Notes: a model not told the origin generated them from the letters alone. A DNA stretch of 59,146 bases, filler included, from Candidatus Woesearchaeota archaeon (GCA_002685855.1; 4 parts of 4 records of this genome joined end to end with filler, not necessarily neighbours in it), one strand, 5' to 3'. Positions 38,902 through 50,151 are shown, numbered from the whole stretch's first letter. Numbers and translations: made by a program.

Positions 38902-39008
38902 ATCTCTTAAAAAACACCCTGCATTTATAAACCTTACTATCGTAATCACTCGAAAGTGACTTATTTATAAACAAGAAACCATAAAAACACCCCTAACAGC
39001 CCTTATTC

Positions 39009-39635
39009 ATGCCACAAACCACGAAAATTCTCCAACTCCTCAAACACCACTACCCCAAAGCAAAATGCACCCTCACACACAATTCAGCCTTCCAACTCTT
39101 AGTTGCCACAATCCTCTCCGCCCAATGTACAGATAAAAGAGTAAACCTTGTCACAAAAACCCTCTTCAAAAAATACAAAACAGCTAACGACTACGCTACC
39201 GCTCATATGAACGAACTCGAACAAGACATCCGATCAACCGGCTTCTACAGAAACAAAGCCAAAAACATCCAAAAAACAGCCCAAATCCTAAAAAACAAAC
39301 CCGTCCCAAACACAATGGAAGAACTCATCCAACTCCCCGGCGTCGCCAGAAAAACAGCAAATGTCCTATTAGGAACCTGGTACAAAAAAAACAGCGGAAT
39401 CGTTGTTGACACCCACGTAGCAAGAATCAGCCAAAGACTAAACCTCACACAACAATCCAACCCAGAAAAAATAGAACAAGATCTCATGAAAATTATCCCA
39501 CAAACAGAATACACCCAATTCTCCCACCAACTCATCCAGCACGGAAGAACCCTCTGCAAAGCACAAACCCCCCAATGCAAGAATTGTTTCCTCCTTCCTC
39601 TTTGCCCTGCAGGGAAAAGAACCATAACTATATAA
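39009..39635 (+). CDS. nth: endonuclease III
   Basis: LLVATILSAQCTD, HhH LPGVARKTANV, VDTHV, C-x6-C-x2-C-x5-C Fe-S motif. Confidence 0.96.
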   Translation: MPQTTKILQLLKHHYPKAKCTLTHNSAFQLLVATILSAQCTDKRVNLVTKTLFKKYKTANDYATAHMNELEQDIRSTGFYRNKAKNIQKTAQILKNKPVPNTMEELIQLPGVARKTANVLLGTWYKKNSGIVVDTHVARISQRLNLTQQSNPEKIEQDLMKIIPQTEYTQFSHQLIQHGRTLCKAQTPQCKNCFLLPLCPAGKRTITI

Positions 39636-39657
39636 AAGAGAATAATTCAAAAAAACA

Positions 39658-41631
39658 ATGAAACCCTACCTCTTACTCATCCTCCTCCTGCTTCCCTTTG
39701 TCTTAGCAGAAGAAGACCAACTCAACAAACTCGAATCCCTTTCCCTAAAACACACAATATCCAACACAATAAACATAGAACCCGAATCATCAGACTTTAA
39801 AGTGTCCACCCTTGAAGCAAACCTAACCTGGTTTCCCAGAATAAGTTATAGGCAGGGAAGAAAAAGTTTTACAACAACACCGCAAGCAGAAGTAACCGAC
39901 ATCATTCATTTTTCTTGGGAAAGCCCCTCATTAAAAAATACCTTAAAAGTAGAAACTATTCTAGAAAACACAAACGACTTCGTCAGAGTCAAAAAAAAGG
40001 TCCCCTTTCCCATCAGAAACCTCGACCCCGAATTCAGCAAATACATCCAACCACAGGAGATCATCGACATCACCCCCGAAATAAGATCCCAAGCATCTGA
40101 AATCGCAGAAGGCAAAGACGATCTCTACGAAATCGTCTTTGAATTAGCAAAATGGGCACAAGACAATATCGAATACAACCTTTCCACAGTAACTGCAGAA
40201 GCAAGCCAAAAAAGCAGCTGGGTCATCCAGAACAAAATAGGAGTTTGCGACGAACTCACATCCCTCTTCATCAGCATGGCCCGCTCACTCGGAATACCTG
40301 CCCGATTCATCTCAGGAATCAGCCACACCAACCTCGAGCTTTTCAAAAACAAATGGGGACCCCACGGATGGGCAGAAGTATACTTTCCAAACATCGGCTG
40401 GATCCCTTTTGACCCAACCTATGGTCAATACGGATTTATCGATGCTACACACGTAAAACTAAAAGAAAGTCTCGACGCAAAAGAACCCTCCATCCGCTAC
40501 ACAACAAAAGGAAGAAATATCAAACTTGAAGCAGACAGCCTCGACTTTGACACAATAGTTTTATCCCAAGGAAGGATATCCCCCTCAGTTACAGATCTTT
40601 CACTTAATCCACTTGAAAAAGAAGTTGGATTCGGAAGCTATAATCTTATAACTGTAGAAGTGGAAAACAGAAAAGACTACTATGTCCCCGTAAGCCTTCA
40701 ACTTTCAAAAACATCCGAACTCGAATTCTTTGAAGATCTAAATAAAGTCATCCTTCTTCGACCCAAACAAAAGAAATCAGTTTCTTGGAAACTTAATGTA
40801 CCAAATAAGCTAGAAGAAGGATACGTCTACACCTTTCCCCTGGAAATCCATGACTCTCGGGGAGGAATTGCAAAAACATCATTTACCTCCCAAAAAAGTT
40901 TTACAGTATTTGGAGAAAGTTATGTAGACCAAATTATGCTCACACAAAAAACAGATGACTTCCCTTTAAACGATGACGTCTCATTAGACTGCGCATTAAT
41001 TGATGACAAACTCTATGCAAACCAGGAAACAACACTCACCTGCACACTCCTCAATAATGGAAAAGAACAACTAAAAAATATAGACTTCTGCATCACAGAA
41101 GAATGTGAAACACTCAACTTAAAACCAAACGAACCTTACGAAAAAACAGTTACAATAAAAGAAAGCGAAGAAGGAGTAAAAACACTACTATCCACTGCAA
41201 CACGAAATGACCTCAGCAAATCAGACTACGTTGTTCTCTCTGTCTTAGACCAACCACAACTCACCATTCAAGATATCATCGCTCCAGAAACACTTAACTT
41301 CCGTGGACAAAAAGAAATCGCATTCACCCTCTCAAAAATATCCCAAAGTAATCCGCAAAACGTACGCATACTCCTCGATCACAAAAACATCCAGAAAGAC
41401 TACTACTTTCCCGAATTTGATAGAGACAACACCTTTCGAATCATGCTCAAAGGAGACGTCCTCCACCTAAAACAAAATCAATTCACAATAACAGCAAAAT
41501 GGACAGACCTCAACAACAAACAGTTCTCAACAGAAAAAACATTTATAATAGCCCTTGAAAAACCAACCATTGGACAACGCATCCTCATCCACCTCAACCA
41601 ACTCGCCTCAAAAATAGATGGTTGGATATAG
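39658..41631 (+). CDS. secreted transglutaminase-like (Cys-His-Asp) protein
   Basis: Signal peptide; GVCDE...GIPARF...HGWAEVYFPNIGWIPFDPT. Confidence 0.88.
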   Translation: MKPYLLLILLLLPFVLAEEDQLNKLESLSLKHTISNTINIEPESSDFKVSTLEANLTWFPRISYRQGRKSFTTTPQAEVTDIIHFSWESPSLKNTLKVETILENTNDFVRVKKKVPFPIRNLDPEFSKYIQPQEIIDITPEIRSQASEIAEGKDDLYEIVFELAKWAQDNIEYNLSTVTAEASQKSSWVIQNKIGVCDELTSLFISMARSLGIPARFISGISHTNLELFKNKWGPHGWAEVYFPNIGWIPFDPTYGQYGFIDATHVKLKESLDAKEPSIRYTTKGRNIKLEADSLDFDTIVLSQGRISPSVTDLSLNPLEKEVGFGSYNLITVEVENRKDYYVPVSLQLSKTSELEFFEDLNKVILLRPKQKKSVSWKLNVPNKLEEGYVYTFPLEIHDSRGGIAKTSFTSQKSFTVFGESYVDQIMLTQKTDDFPLNDDVSLDCALIDDKLYANQETTLTCTLLNNGKEQLKNIDFCITEECETLNLKPNEPYEKTVTIKESEEGVKTLLSTATRNDLSKSDYVVLSVLDQPQLTIQDIIAPETLNFRGQKEIAFTLSKISQSNPQNVRILLDHKNIQKDYYFPEFDRDNTFRIMLKGDVLHLKQNQFTITAKWTDLNNKQFSTEKTFIIALEKPTIGQRILIHLNQLASKIDGWI

Positions 41632-41710
41632 TGAACACTAGTATGAATCCCCTCTTACACTACTTTAAATATTCTATATCATTAAATACCTATTTTTCCT
41701 TCCCTATCAC

Positions 41711-42910
41711 ATGGGGAGAGTGGATATAAACGGCGCACGAATAGAAGAACAAGATCTTGAAATGATGCGCGGTTCCCTCACCATTCTTAAACACGTCTTT
41801 TCACTTGTACGTTCTACACCGCTCGAAGACGCAATGAGAAACGTAAAAGACATGGAAACCAAAATTGCACAACGATACAGTAGAAAAGACGGAAAAGATA
41901 CCATCTACATCGATGTTATTGCAGAAGAAGCAATCTCTGTTGGATCCGAAGGATCCCGAGGTCACATCGGATTCTTTCACGGCATCTACGATAAAAGCGG
42001 CACCGTCATCACAGAAGAACGCGGAAAAGTAGGAGAAATAGCAATCGGCGCACACACCCCTGTCATCATCTCAGACCCCATAGACAGATCATCCTATATG
42101 AAACAAGTTGTAGAGTTCTATAGAGACCAAAAAGTTGGTGACAGAAAACTCACAGTCAACGACACAATAGGAGAAGCATTTGATTTCAAAGTAAATGCAA
42201 TCGGCCCTCACAAAGCAATGCGTGAAGGACCCAACTCATCCGTAACCTTACTAAAAGACAACCGAATAGTCTACAGCCTCATTCTCAACCTCTTCAACGG
42301 CGACATCTATATCGCATCCCCACGCGGAGTCTATAAAGGTGACATCAGAAAGGTAACAAGACCCTCAGATATAGACTCAGAAATCCGATTCAATAAAGAC
42401 GAACTCAGAGAGATGCTCTGCTACACCACAGATCAAGGAAAATACGAAAGCAACAGAAAAGGAACCCATCTTCGTTTCTTCGACCTCTACAAAAATGCAC
42501 CCTCCCCCACCGGACCCCTACGCTTCACCTACCTCATAAAAACAGAAGAAGATCCTCCCCTGCCCGTCGGCGTCATCGCACACAACGGAGAAAAAATACA
42601 AGAAGCCCTCCCTAATATCGCAATAGCATTCTTCTCCAACCAGATGGTCGGCTACAAACTCTACTGCGACCGCGGCTCACAAGAATTCCGTGCAGAACGA
42701 CTCATGACACCCTCTTTGCAAGACTCCATCTACAACGGAGACATCCACACAAAAGGAATCAAACTCGCATTCCTCAGCAACTACACCTACCCCTCAGAAT
42801 TCAGAGACACAACCGCCTTCTGCCACATAGACAACGACTTCGCCTTCACCGTCCTCGAAGGAATGCGCCACCAAGAATACTGTGAACGGATATTGAGACC
42901 TTCTTCGTAG
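41711..42910 (+). CDS. divergent inositol monophosphatase/FBPase (FIG) superfamily protein
   Basis: IDVIAEEAI, VITEE, IISDPIDRS (compare DPIDGT). Confidence 0.55.
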   Translation: MGRVDINGARIEEQDLEMMRGSLTILKHVFSLVRSTPLEDAMRNVKDMETKIAQRYSRKDGKDTIYIDVIAEEAISVGSEGSRGHIGFFHGIYDKSGTVITEERGKVGEIAIGAHTPVIISDPIDRSSYMKQVVEFYRDQKVGDRKLTVNDTIGEAFDFKVNAIGPHKAMREGPNSSVTLLKDNRIVYSLILNLFNGDIYIASPRGVYKGDIRKVTRPSDIDSEIRFNKDELREMLCYTTDQGKYESNRKGTHLRFFDLYKNAPSPTGPLRFTYLIKTEEDPPLPVGVIAHNGEKIQEALPNIAIAFFSNQMVGYKLYCDRGSQEFRAERLMTPSLQDSIYNGDIHTKGIKLAFLSNYTYPSEFRDTTAFCHIDNDFAFTVLEGMRHQEYCERILRPSS

Positions 42911-43017
42911 ATAAGATTCTGGGCCATTTAAAAGCAACTCATTCTGCCCAAAAGTCACAAAGAATCTGAACATATTATTTACACAAATGATTTAAATCAC
43001 TCCACATTATGTTCTTT

Positions 43018-44337
43018 ATGGTTGACGTTTTATTAATAAATTCGCCTTTGTTCAGAAATAAAGTAACAGGATACACAGAAGATTCATTACCTCCTCTAGG
43101 TTTAGCATATATAGGAACAGAACTAAAAAAAAAGGGATTTGATGTTGATCTACTTGATACTGTATCAAAAAACATGCCTTTAGATGAAATAATAAAATAT
43201 ATTGAATCTCTAAAACCAAGATTTACAGGATTAAACATATTTTCAACAAATTTCGACCTTGTTCAAGAGATTTTAGAAAACATAAACACAAAAACACATT
43301 TTCTGATAGGAGGACAAGTTACTAAAAACACGCACCAGAGAATAATACAATTCAAAACAGAAAATCCTTTAGATGTAGTGTTGGGAGACGGAGAATATAT
43401 AACTCCTGAACTAGTAGAAGGAGATCCCAAAGAACAACCTCTCTATTTTGAAGACCAAAGACGCGTTTTTAGAGTTGATGCAAGTTCAACATATTTCCCT
43501 CAGGATATTTCAAAACTAGGCATCGATCGTTCATTTTTTGAGAATGAACCTATTGAAAACAAATTTGGACAAACCGAGGCAAACATTATTACAAGCAGAG
43601 GGTGTATGTATAACTGTGCTTTTTGCGGAGCTGCAAGAAGCCTAAATAAAGGTCTGCCTATAAGAACCCGCTCCGAAGAAAGTATACGAGAAGAAGTAGA
43701 TCAACTGTCGGGATCTTATGAAGGATTAGATAGTATTAGAGTCCTAGATGACCTATTCCTAAGGACTGTGGAGGACATAGACAAAGCAGCCAGGATTTTT
43801 CGAAATACATCCTATTGGAGAACAATGGCTCACGCACTATCTTTTAGAAATGCTCAACAAAACGATTTTCAAACCTTGAGTCGAAGTGGATGTTTTGAAA
43901 TATTTATAGGTATAGAATCAGGATCACAGAAAACCTTAAAAAACATTAACAAGTCACATGATATAGAATATATAAAAAAAACCATAGAAAATTTAGTAAG
44001 TTCAGGAATCCATGTTAAAGGATATTTTATCTATGGATTTCCACAGGAAACCGAAGCAGAAATGGAAGAAACATATACCTTGGCTCAACAATTAAAACAA
44101 CAATCAACAAGATATTCAGGAAATTTTACAGTTAGTGTTTTTCAGTTTAGACCATATCATGGAACAATACTGTATCAAAGAATGGGGGATGATGCCAGAA
44201 CATTACGTTTCAACAGAAATACTAGATTAAAACTTCAAAGAAGATCTCAGTTTAATTTTCATGCAGGTAATTTTAGCAATGCAAGTGATGAAATTGTAGA
44301 ATCTTACGTGAAAAAAACCATGTTATTAAACCAATGA
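43018..44337 (+). CDS. cobalamin-binding radical SAM protein (class B methyltransferase-like)
   Basis: PPLGLAYI B12-binding domain; TSRGCMYNCAFC; DDLF; GIESGSQKTL. Confidence 0.92.
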   Translation: MVDVLLINSPLFRNKVTGYTEDSLPPLGLAYIGTELKKKGFDVDLLDTVSKNMPLDEIIKYIESLKPRFTGLNIFSTNFDLVQEILENINTKTHFLIGGQVTKNTHQRIIQFKTENPLDVVLGDGEYITPELVEGDPKEQPLYFEDQRRVFRVDASSTYFPQDISKLGIDRSFFENEPIENKFGQTEANIITSRGCMYNCAFCGAARSLNKGLPIRTRSEESIREEVDQLSGSYEGLDSIRVLDDLFLRTVEDIDKAARIFRNTSYWRTMAHALSFRNAQQNDFQTLSRSGCFEIFIGIESGSQKTLKNINKSHDIEYIKKTIENLVSSGIHVKGYFIYGFPQETEAEMEETYTLAQQLKQQSTRYSGNFTVSVFQFRPYHGTILYQRMGDDARTLRFNRNTRLKLQRRSQFNFHAGNFSNASDEIVESYVKKTMLLNQ

Positions 44338-44906
44338 TACAAAATATAGGTAATTGTAAGAGATGTGATTTATATAAAAATCAGAGACCTATATTAGATA
44401 CAGTCAAAACAGGAGATGTGATGTGGGTCGGTATATCTGCTAAAGAAACAGAATCTTCCATACATAACCGTCCTCTAGCAGAAAATACTATTACTGGAAA
44501 AATTATTCATCGGATAGAAGACCTGAATCCCCAACTAATATTTTACAAAACAAATCTTGTTAAATGTTTACCCTTAAACAACAAATTAAAAATACGTTAC
44601 CCTGAAACATCAGAAAAAGAATGCTGTTATCCAAATTTCCAGCAAGAACTAATAGAAATAAATCCAAAAATAATTTTTTTACTGGGTAAAAAAACAGCAA
44701 TGTTTATATTATCAAAATACAGTAAAAAAATAACGAAATTCAACACAGATTTCAAATATGTGGCCTATAAACATAAACAGTTTACATTTATTCCTATTCA
44801 CCATCCAGCATACATGTATAAATATAAACAGAAAACGATCCCTATTTACATTAATTCAATCTCATCCATTATGCGAGGAATAACAACTAATGTCCGAAGA
44901 AAATGA
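44334..44906 (+). CDS. uracil-DNA glycosylase superfamily protein (family 4-like, Fe-S)
   Basis: CKRCDL, TNLVKC.P, EKECC, PKIIFLLGK, IHHPAY. Confidence 0.85.
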   Translation: MIQNIGNCKRCDLYKNQRPILDTVKTGDVMWVGISAKETESSIHNRPLAENTITGKIIHRIEDLNPQLIFYKTNLVKCLPLNNKLKIRYPETSEKECCYPNFQQELIEINPKIIFLLGKKTAMFILSKYSKKITKFNTDFKYVAYKHKQFTFIPIHHPAYMYKYKQKTIPIYINSISSIMRGITTNVRRK

Positions 44907-45591
44907 AATCAAAATAAAAATAGTAGATATAAAAAGTTTATCAGAATTAATTAACCTTGTCGAAGAAACATTTAAAATAAACTTCAACACAACAAAAAAA
45001 GATAAAGATGTCTACTATGATCTACCTAATAACTACTATTTCAATCTAAATCACGGATTACGAATAAGAAATGAAAATGAAATTGCATACAAAGCACTAT
45101 ATTATGTTCCTGAAAGAAAACAAAATCCCTGGTTTGTCTTTGAAAAAGAATATGAACTACCAATTTCAAAAGAGAATCTCTTGGAACTATTTACTATCGC
45201 AAACATAAACTGTGATATTGTCCTGAAAAACAGTATCTCGATCGACGAACTTAAAGAAATATTAAAAAAACTCAATTTTATAGAACACATAAAAATAAAT
45301 AAAATAAGACAGATTGCGAAAAACGAACAATATGAACTCTGCATCGACCTCGTGGAAAATTTAGGCCTGTTCCTAGAAATAGAAAGTCATGACGTTGAAA
45401 TTATTGTAGCCATACAAAAAAAGTTACCCTTCAGATATAAAGAGATAAGACATGGATACCCCAATCTCTATGCTAAAGAAATCAAAAAAATCAACATACC
45501 TGACTTCAAAGAAAAATTCCTTCAAAATCCTGAATGGAATTTTCTAAAAGGCCAAAAAGAAATCATAAAAGAACTTCTTAAGAAATCATAA
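44890..45591 (+). CDS. CYTH/triphosphate-tunnel enzyme (class IV adenylate cyclase-like)
   Basis: ENEIK ExExK motif, DVYY, LRIR, KIR, CIDLVENLGLFLEIE, GY. Confidence 0.85.
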   Translation: MSEENEIKIKIVDIKSLSELINLVEETFKINFNTTKKDKDVYYDLPNNYYFNLNHGLRIRNENEIAYKALYYVPERKQNPWFVFEKEYELPISKENLLELFTIANINCDIVLKNSISIDELKEILKKLNFIEHIKINKIRQIAKNEQYELCIDLVENLGLFLEIESHDVEIIVAIQKKLPFRYKEIRHGYPNLYAKEIKKINIPDFKEKFLQNPEWNFLKGQKEIIKELLKKS

Positions 45592-45606
45592 GGAAAACAT
45601 ATCTAA

Positions 45607-45702
45607 TCAACCTAGCAATCCCACAAAATATTCCTCGCGCTTAACAATCCCCTTCCCCGTATTCACAACCACAACCGTATCACCTGCACCTATTAAGCCC
45701 AT
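45607..45702 (-). pseudogene. possible C-terminal remnant of a fold-type II PLP enzyme (threonine synthase-like)
   Basis: MGLIGAGDTVVVVNTGKGIVK resembles the G..VV...TGxG.K terminus. Confidence 0.35.
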
Positions 45703-45772
45703 CTCTAACTCAATTTATCTAAAATACGAATATTTAATAATACACATCTTCTCTCCATTCAGAGGTATTTAA

Positions 45773-46924
45773 ATGGTGATCTCAAACCTAGAAAAATTAT
45801 ACAACAGGTATTTCTTTTCTCCGTTTATGGGACTATTGCTGGGCTCAGAAGCCAAAGAAATCTTGAGGACTGCTGGTGACGCCATTATTGATGCTAAATG
45901 GGAAAAAAGAAATTTCTTTTATAACTCTTTTATTAATGCAGCCTTTGGGAATATTGGTTTTGCACAATTAATCCTTACAAGACGGTGTAATATCAAGTGT
46001 CCGAACTGCAATGTTCCTTTATCCGCAGACTACGAGATGTCTTTGAAGGAATGGAAAAACATTGTTAGGTTGCTTTCTGATCATGTTCAGCCGAGCATAA
46101 TTTCTATTACAGGAGGAGAACCTTTATTACGTAAAGATGATTTGGTAGAAATAATTTCTGATTTTACTGAGAGAGATATTCCTGTCTCTTTGAACACCAA
46201 CGGATTATTGCTAGATGAAACCATACTGCGCGAGCTCCGTGATGCAGGACTCGTATCATTAGCTGTATCTTATGATGGCATCAAACCAAAATCAAGCAGC
46301 AAAGTGATTGAAAATGCAGTTTTAGCAAAATACCTTGGTATTGATACTACGCTTCAAATGACCATATCTGATAGGAACATGCATCTTGCTTACGATATTA
46401 GAGATATAGCATTCAGTCACAATCTCGGATTTAGCCCGTTAGTCATGCAAAATCTGGATGGCATGTTTTCATCGGGCGCATATGATCAACCGAATGAGGA
46501 TTTTGTTAGAAGCTTTTTTAGTGATGTTGTGAATGAAACAAGAAAATTTCTTACAAACAATAATTATAGGAACAGCGTAAAGTACTATGAGTACATCAGA
46601 GACAATTATCCGAGACTCTGGCATTGTGAAAAATATAATTGGCTAATTATTAACGAAGACGGTCGTATGATGCACTGTCAGGAGATTGCACCTTCTGAAT
46701 TCAAATTGGCAGATATTCTTGAAAATCCGAGAGACTTTGTTAAATATCGGCAGGAGAATGCAAAAGATTGTTTGGGTTGCCACTACAATTGTTATTTTGA
46801 ATCAGAGAACCGTGGTTTGGGAGGGCTTGCAGATTTGGTAAAAATGGACTATCGGACCAGAGCCGTCCTTGGCCTTAGAGGAATGAATCTGTTATCCGAA
46901 ACTATCGAGACCAAACAGCTTTAG
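45773..46924 (+). CDS. radical SAM protein with SPASM/Twitch domain
   Basis: CNIKCPNC, ITGGEPLLR, NTNG, DG...CQE...CLGCHYNC. Confidence 0.9.
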   Translation: MVISNLEKLYNRYFFSPFMGLLLGSEAKEILRTAGDAIIDAKWEKRNFFYNSFINAAFGNIGFAQLILTRRCNIKCPNCNVPLSADYEMSLKEWKNIVRLLSDHVQPSIISITGGEPLLRKDDLVEIISDFTERDIPVSLNTNGLLLDETILRELRDAGLVSLAVSYDGIKPKSSSKVIENAVLAKYLGIDTTLQMTISDRNMHLAYDIRDIAFSHNLGFSPLVMQNLDGMFSSGAYDQPNEDFVRSFFSDVVNETRKFLTNNNYRNSVKYYEYIRDNYPRLWHCEKYNWLIINEDGRMMHCQEIAPSEFKLADILENPRDFVKYRQENAKDCLGCHYNCYFESENRGLGGLADLVKMDYRTRAVLGLRGMNLLSETIETKQL

Positions 46925-47063
46925 AATAGGAAAAGTTGATCTGAGTTTTACGCAATCCTCTACAGGGCATCTTTCGTCTGCCTCTAGACATTAAGCCCGA
47001 GCCTAAAGAGAAGAATCAGCCCTCCTCAAAAACCTTTATAAACACAATCAATCCCCCCAACCC

Positions 47064-48542
47064 ATGGACTCCTACGATCCTTTAAAAGACGAACCCAAAA
47101 TCCAAAAACAGTGGGAAAAAGAGGGAATCTACTCCTATAATCCAAAATCCGAAAAACCCGTCTTCTCTATAGACACCCCTCCCCCAACAGTATCCGGCCA
47201 AATGCACCTCGGACACGCACTCGCCTACTCCCAAACAGACTTCATAGCCAGATATCAAAGAATGAAAGGAAAAAACGTCTTCTACCCCTTTGGCTTCGAC
47301 GACAACGGATTACCAACAGAACGCTTTATTGAAAAAAAACTCAAAATAAGAGCCAGAGATATGCCCCGCCCAAAATTCGTAAAACTCTGCCTCAAAGAAA
47401 CAGAAGAAACAGAAAAAGAATTAAAACAAGACTGGTCAGCATTAGGAATCAGCCCAGACTGGAACCTCTGCTATCGAACCATCGATCCCTATGTTACAAA
47501 ACTCTCCCAGCGAAGCTTTCTCGACCTAAACAAAAAGAAAAGAGTCTACAGAAAAAAAGCCCCAACCATCTGGTGCCCAACCTGTCAAACAGCCATAGCA
47601 CAAGTAGAACTCGAAGACCATGAACGCCCTGCAACTTTCAACGACATCATCTTCAAACTCGAAACAGACGACGACCTCATCATAGCAACAACAAGACCTG
47701 AACTCCTCAGCAGCTGCGTCGCCATCTTCTACCACCCAACAGACGAACGCTACAAATCCCTAAAAGGAAAAAAAGCAACAGTCCCCCTTTTCAATTACAA
47801 CGTAGAAATCATGGAAGACGAACGCGTCGACCCAGAAAAAGGAACAGGCATCGTCATGTGCTGCACCTTCGGCGACCAAACAGACATGGAATGGTACTTT
47901 GCCTACAACCTTGAACTCAAAGAATCCATCTCAAAAGATGGAAAGATGACCAAACTAGCACAAAAATATCAAGGCCTAACAATACAAGAAGCAAAAAAAG
48001 CCATCACAAACGACCTCAAACAAGCCAACCTACTAACCAACCAAAAACCAATCTCACAAACTGTCAACGTCCACGAACGCTGCCAGACCCCCATCGAGAT
48101 CCTCAGCAGCAAACAATGGTTCATCAAATACCTCGATCTAAAACAGGACTTCCTCGACGCAGGAGACAAACTCAACTGGTATCCAAAACACATGCAAGTC
48201 CGCTACAACAACTGGATCAAAGGACTCCAATGGGATTGGCTCATAAGCAGACAAAGATTTTTCGGAATACCCTTCCCTGTCTGGTACTGCAACAAATGCC
48301 AAGAACCACTCTTTGCCCAAGACAACCAACTCCCTGTCGACCCTACAACCACACAGCCAAAACAAACCTGTCCCTGCGGATCAAAAGAGTTCACACCCGA
48401 ACAGGACATCCTCGACACCTGGGCAACCAGCAGCCTTACCCCCCAAATAGCCACAAAATGGACAGAAGACGAAGACTTCTTCAAAAAAATGTTCCCCATG
48501 TCGTTAAGACCAAACGGACACGACATCATCACATTCTGGTTA
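47064..48542 (+). CDS. valS: valine--tRNA ligase, truncated at contig end
   Basis: DTPPPTVSG.MHLGH, GTGIVMCCTFGD, DWLISRQRFFG, DTWATSS. Confidence 0.95.
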
Positions 48543-48642
48543 NNNNNNNNNNNNNNNNNNNNNNNNNNNNNNNNNNNNNNNNNNNNTTAATTAATTAANN
48601 NNNNNNNNNNNNNNNNNNNNNNNNNNNNNNNNNNNNNNNNNN
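48543..48642. other. artificial contig linker
   Basis: N run with TTAATTAATTAA. Confidence 0.98.
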
Positions 48643-49390
48643 AAAGCATCTTGCAAAAGGAAACCGCTTCCTCCTTGCTTACGCCATCGCATTTTTCCCC
48701 TTCATCTACATTATGTCATCAAAACTCCAGGGACACAGCTACCACTATTTTCCCATCATTCCTGCATTTGTTCTCTTAATAGCTTACGGCTTTGTCTCAA
48801 TCGCAAACATCCTATCAGCACTCCTTAAAAAAAAATGGATCGCTCCCATCATCCTTATCCTCCTCTGCCTTCCCTTTCAAGCCTACCCTGTAATTGGAAA
48901 CACCCTTTATGGAGAATCAAAGATCGCCATTGACAGACAGTTCAACTGGCACGCATTCGGACTCGACACAGCCGGCGAATACATGAAAACCCACAAAGCA
49001 GAACAAGACGGCGTCATGTTCACAACAGGACAAAACTATGGAGTTATGTGGCACGGTGATATCAACGGTGTAGGAAAAATACCCTCTCCTACAGAGATGC
49101 AGGATTTAGAAAAAGAATACAACTTCAACTGGATCTTTGTCTATGCAAACGAAATCCCAATCGTAAACGACCCGGTTCGCTGGCCCTATATCAGCGAAAA
49201 CTACCAATTAGCCCAGATCGGCTTTCTTACAACAAGCGGCCAGCCCCAGATCCACTACATGCTTCTAAAACGTGGTGGCACCTTCAACTTCAGCGAGCTC
49301 CCACAACTCATAGGAAATAAGCCCCCTCAGACCCGCACCTACGAATTCACCTCAGGAACCTTGGATATGCAGTATGTGAACGTTATTTAG
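48643..49390 (+). CDS. C-terminal part of a GT-C (PMT/ArnT-like) membrane glycosyltransferase, 5' truncated
   Basis: HSYHYFPIIPAFVLLIAYG TM pattern followed by a soluble domain; frame open from the contig edge. Confidence 0.55.
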
Positions 49391-49473
49391 GTTTTTCTAA
49401 ACAGGTTCTAATCAGACAAATATGAGAAAATAATAGAAACATTTATATACATGTATATCTTTGTAGATACATT

Positions 49474-49716
49474 ATGGGGGACATATATTTTGAAGGAAAA
49501 CAAATAGTCATCAAAGTCCATGCCATTAAGCGAGCAAGACAAAGAAATATCGCATTTCCTGATCATGTTTTTACAGTACTTAAAACAGGTAAAGTTTATA
49601 GATTCGGAAAACAAGGAATCAAATTTATTAGCAGGTCAAAAAGAGGTTCAATTATCTGTGTAGGAGAAGATTTAGGCCAGGTTATAATAATAAAAACAAT
49701 AGAAAGAGGTAATTAA
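49474..49716 (+). CDS. DUF4258/RelE-like putative toxin
   Basis: HAIKRARQRNI...VLKTG...VIIIKTI. Confidence 0.65.
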   Translation: MGDIYFEGKQIVIKVHAIKRARQRNIAFPDHVFTVLKTGKVYRFGKQGIKFISRSKRGSIICVGEDLGQVIIIKTIERGN

Positions 49717-49717
49717 A

Positions 49718-50080
49718 ATGAAACAAAAAAAAGCTGAAAAATTGTTGAGTGCTCAGAAATCGGGTGGATTTCTGACATGTCCTGTATGTAATAAAGAAGA
49801 AATGGAAAGACGGAAAGATATTATGGAACAGGACGGGATCGAATTTGAAGCATATCGATGCTCAAATTGTGGAGAAGAGATAATGACTATGAAACAGTTG
49901 AAGGTGCTGGCAGGAAAATACAGAAAATTAAGGAATGCAAAAGATATAACCTTTGCCAAATGGGGAAATAGCATTGCAGTTAGAATTCCAAGCGATATTG
50001 CGGATGAATTTAGCATATCTGCTGGAACACATGGAACCTTGACTAAAGATAAAGACGGAATTAAAATAATCCCTACATAA
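49718..50080 (+). CDS. YgiT/MqsA-type Zn ribbon fused to AbrB/MazE domain
   Basis: CPVC...AYRCSNCGEE plus KWGNSIAVRIP. Confidence 0.8.
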   Translation: MKQKKAEKLLSAQKSGGFLTCPVCNKEEMERRKDIMEQDGIEFEAYRCSNCGEEIMTMKQLKVLAGKYRKLRNAKDITFAKWGNSIAVRIPSDIADEFSISAGTHGTLTKDKDGIKIIPT

Positions 50081-50151
50081 AACTGTTATTTTCCTTTTGG
50101 AGGTCATTTTAAGGAACAGGAAAGTTATAGTCCCAGCACTTGCTATCAAAA

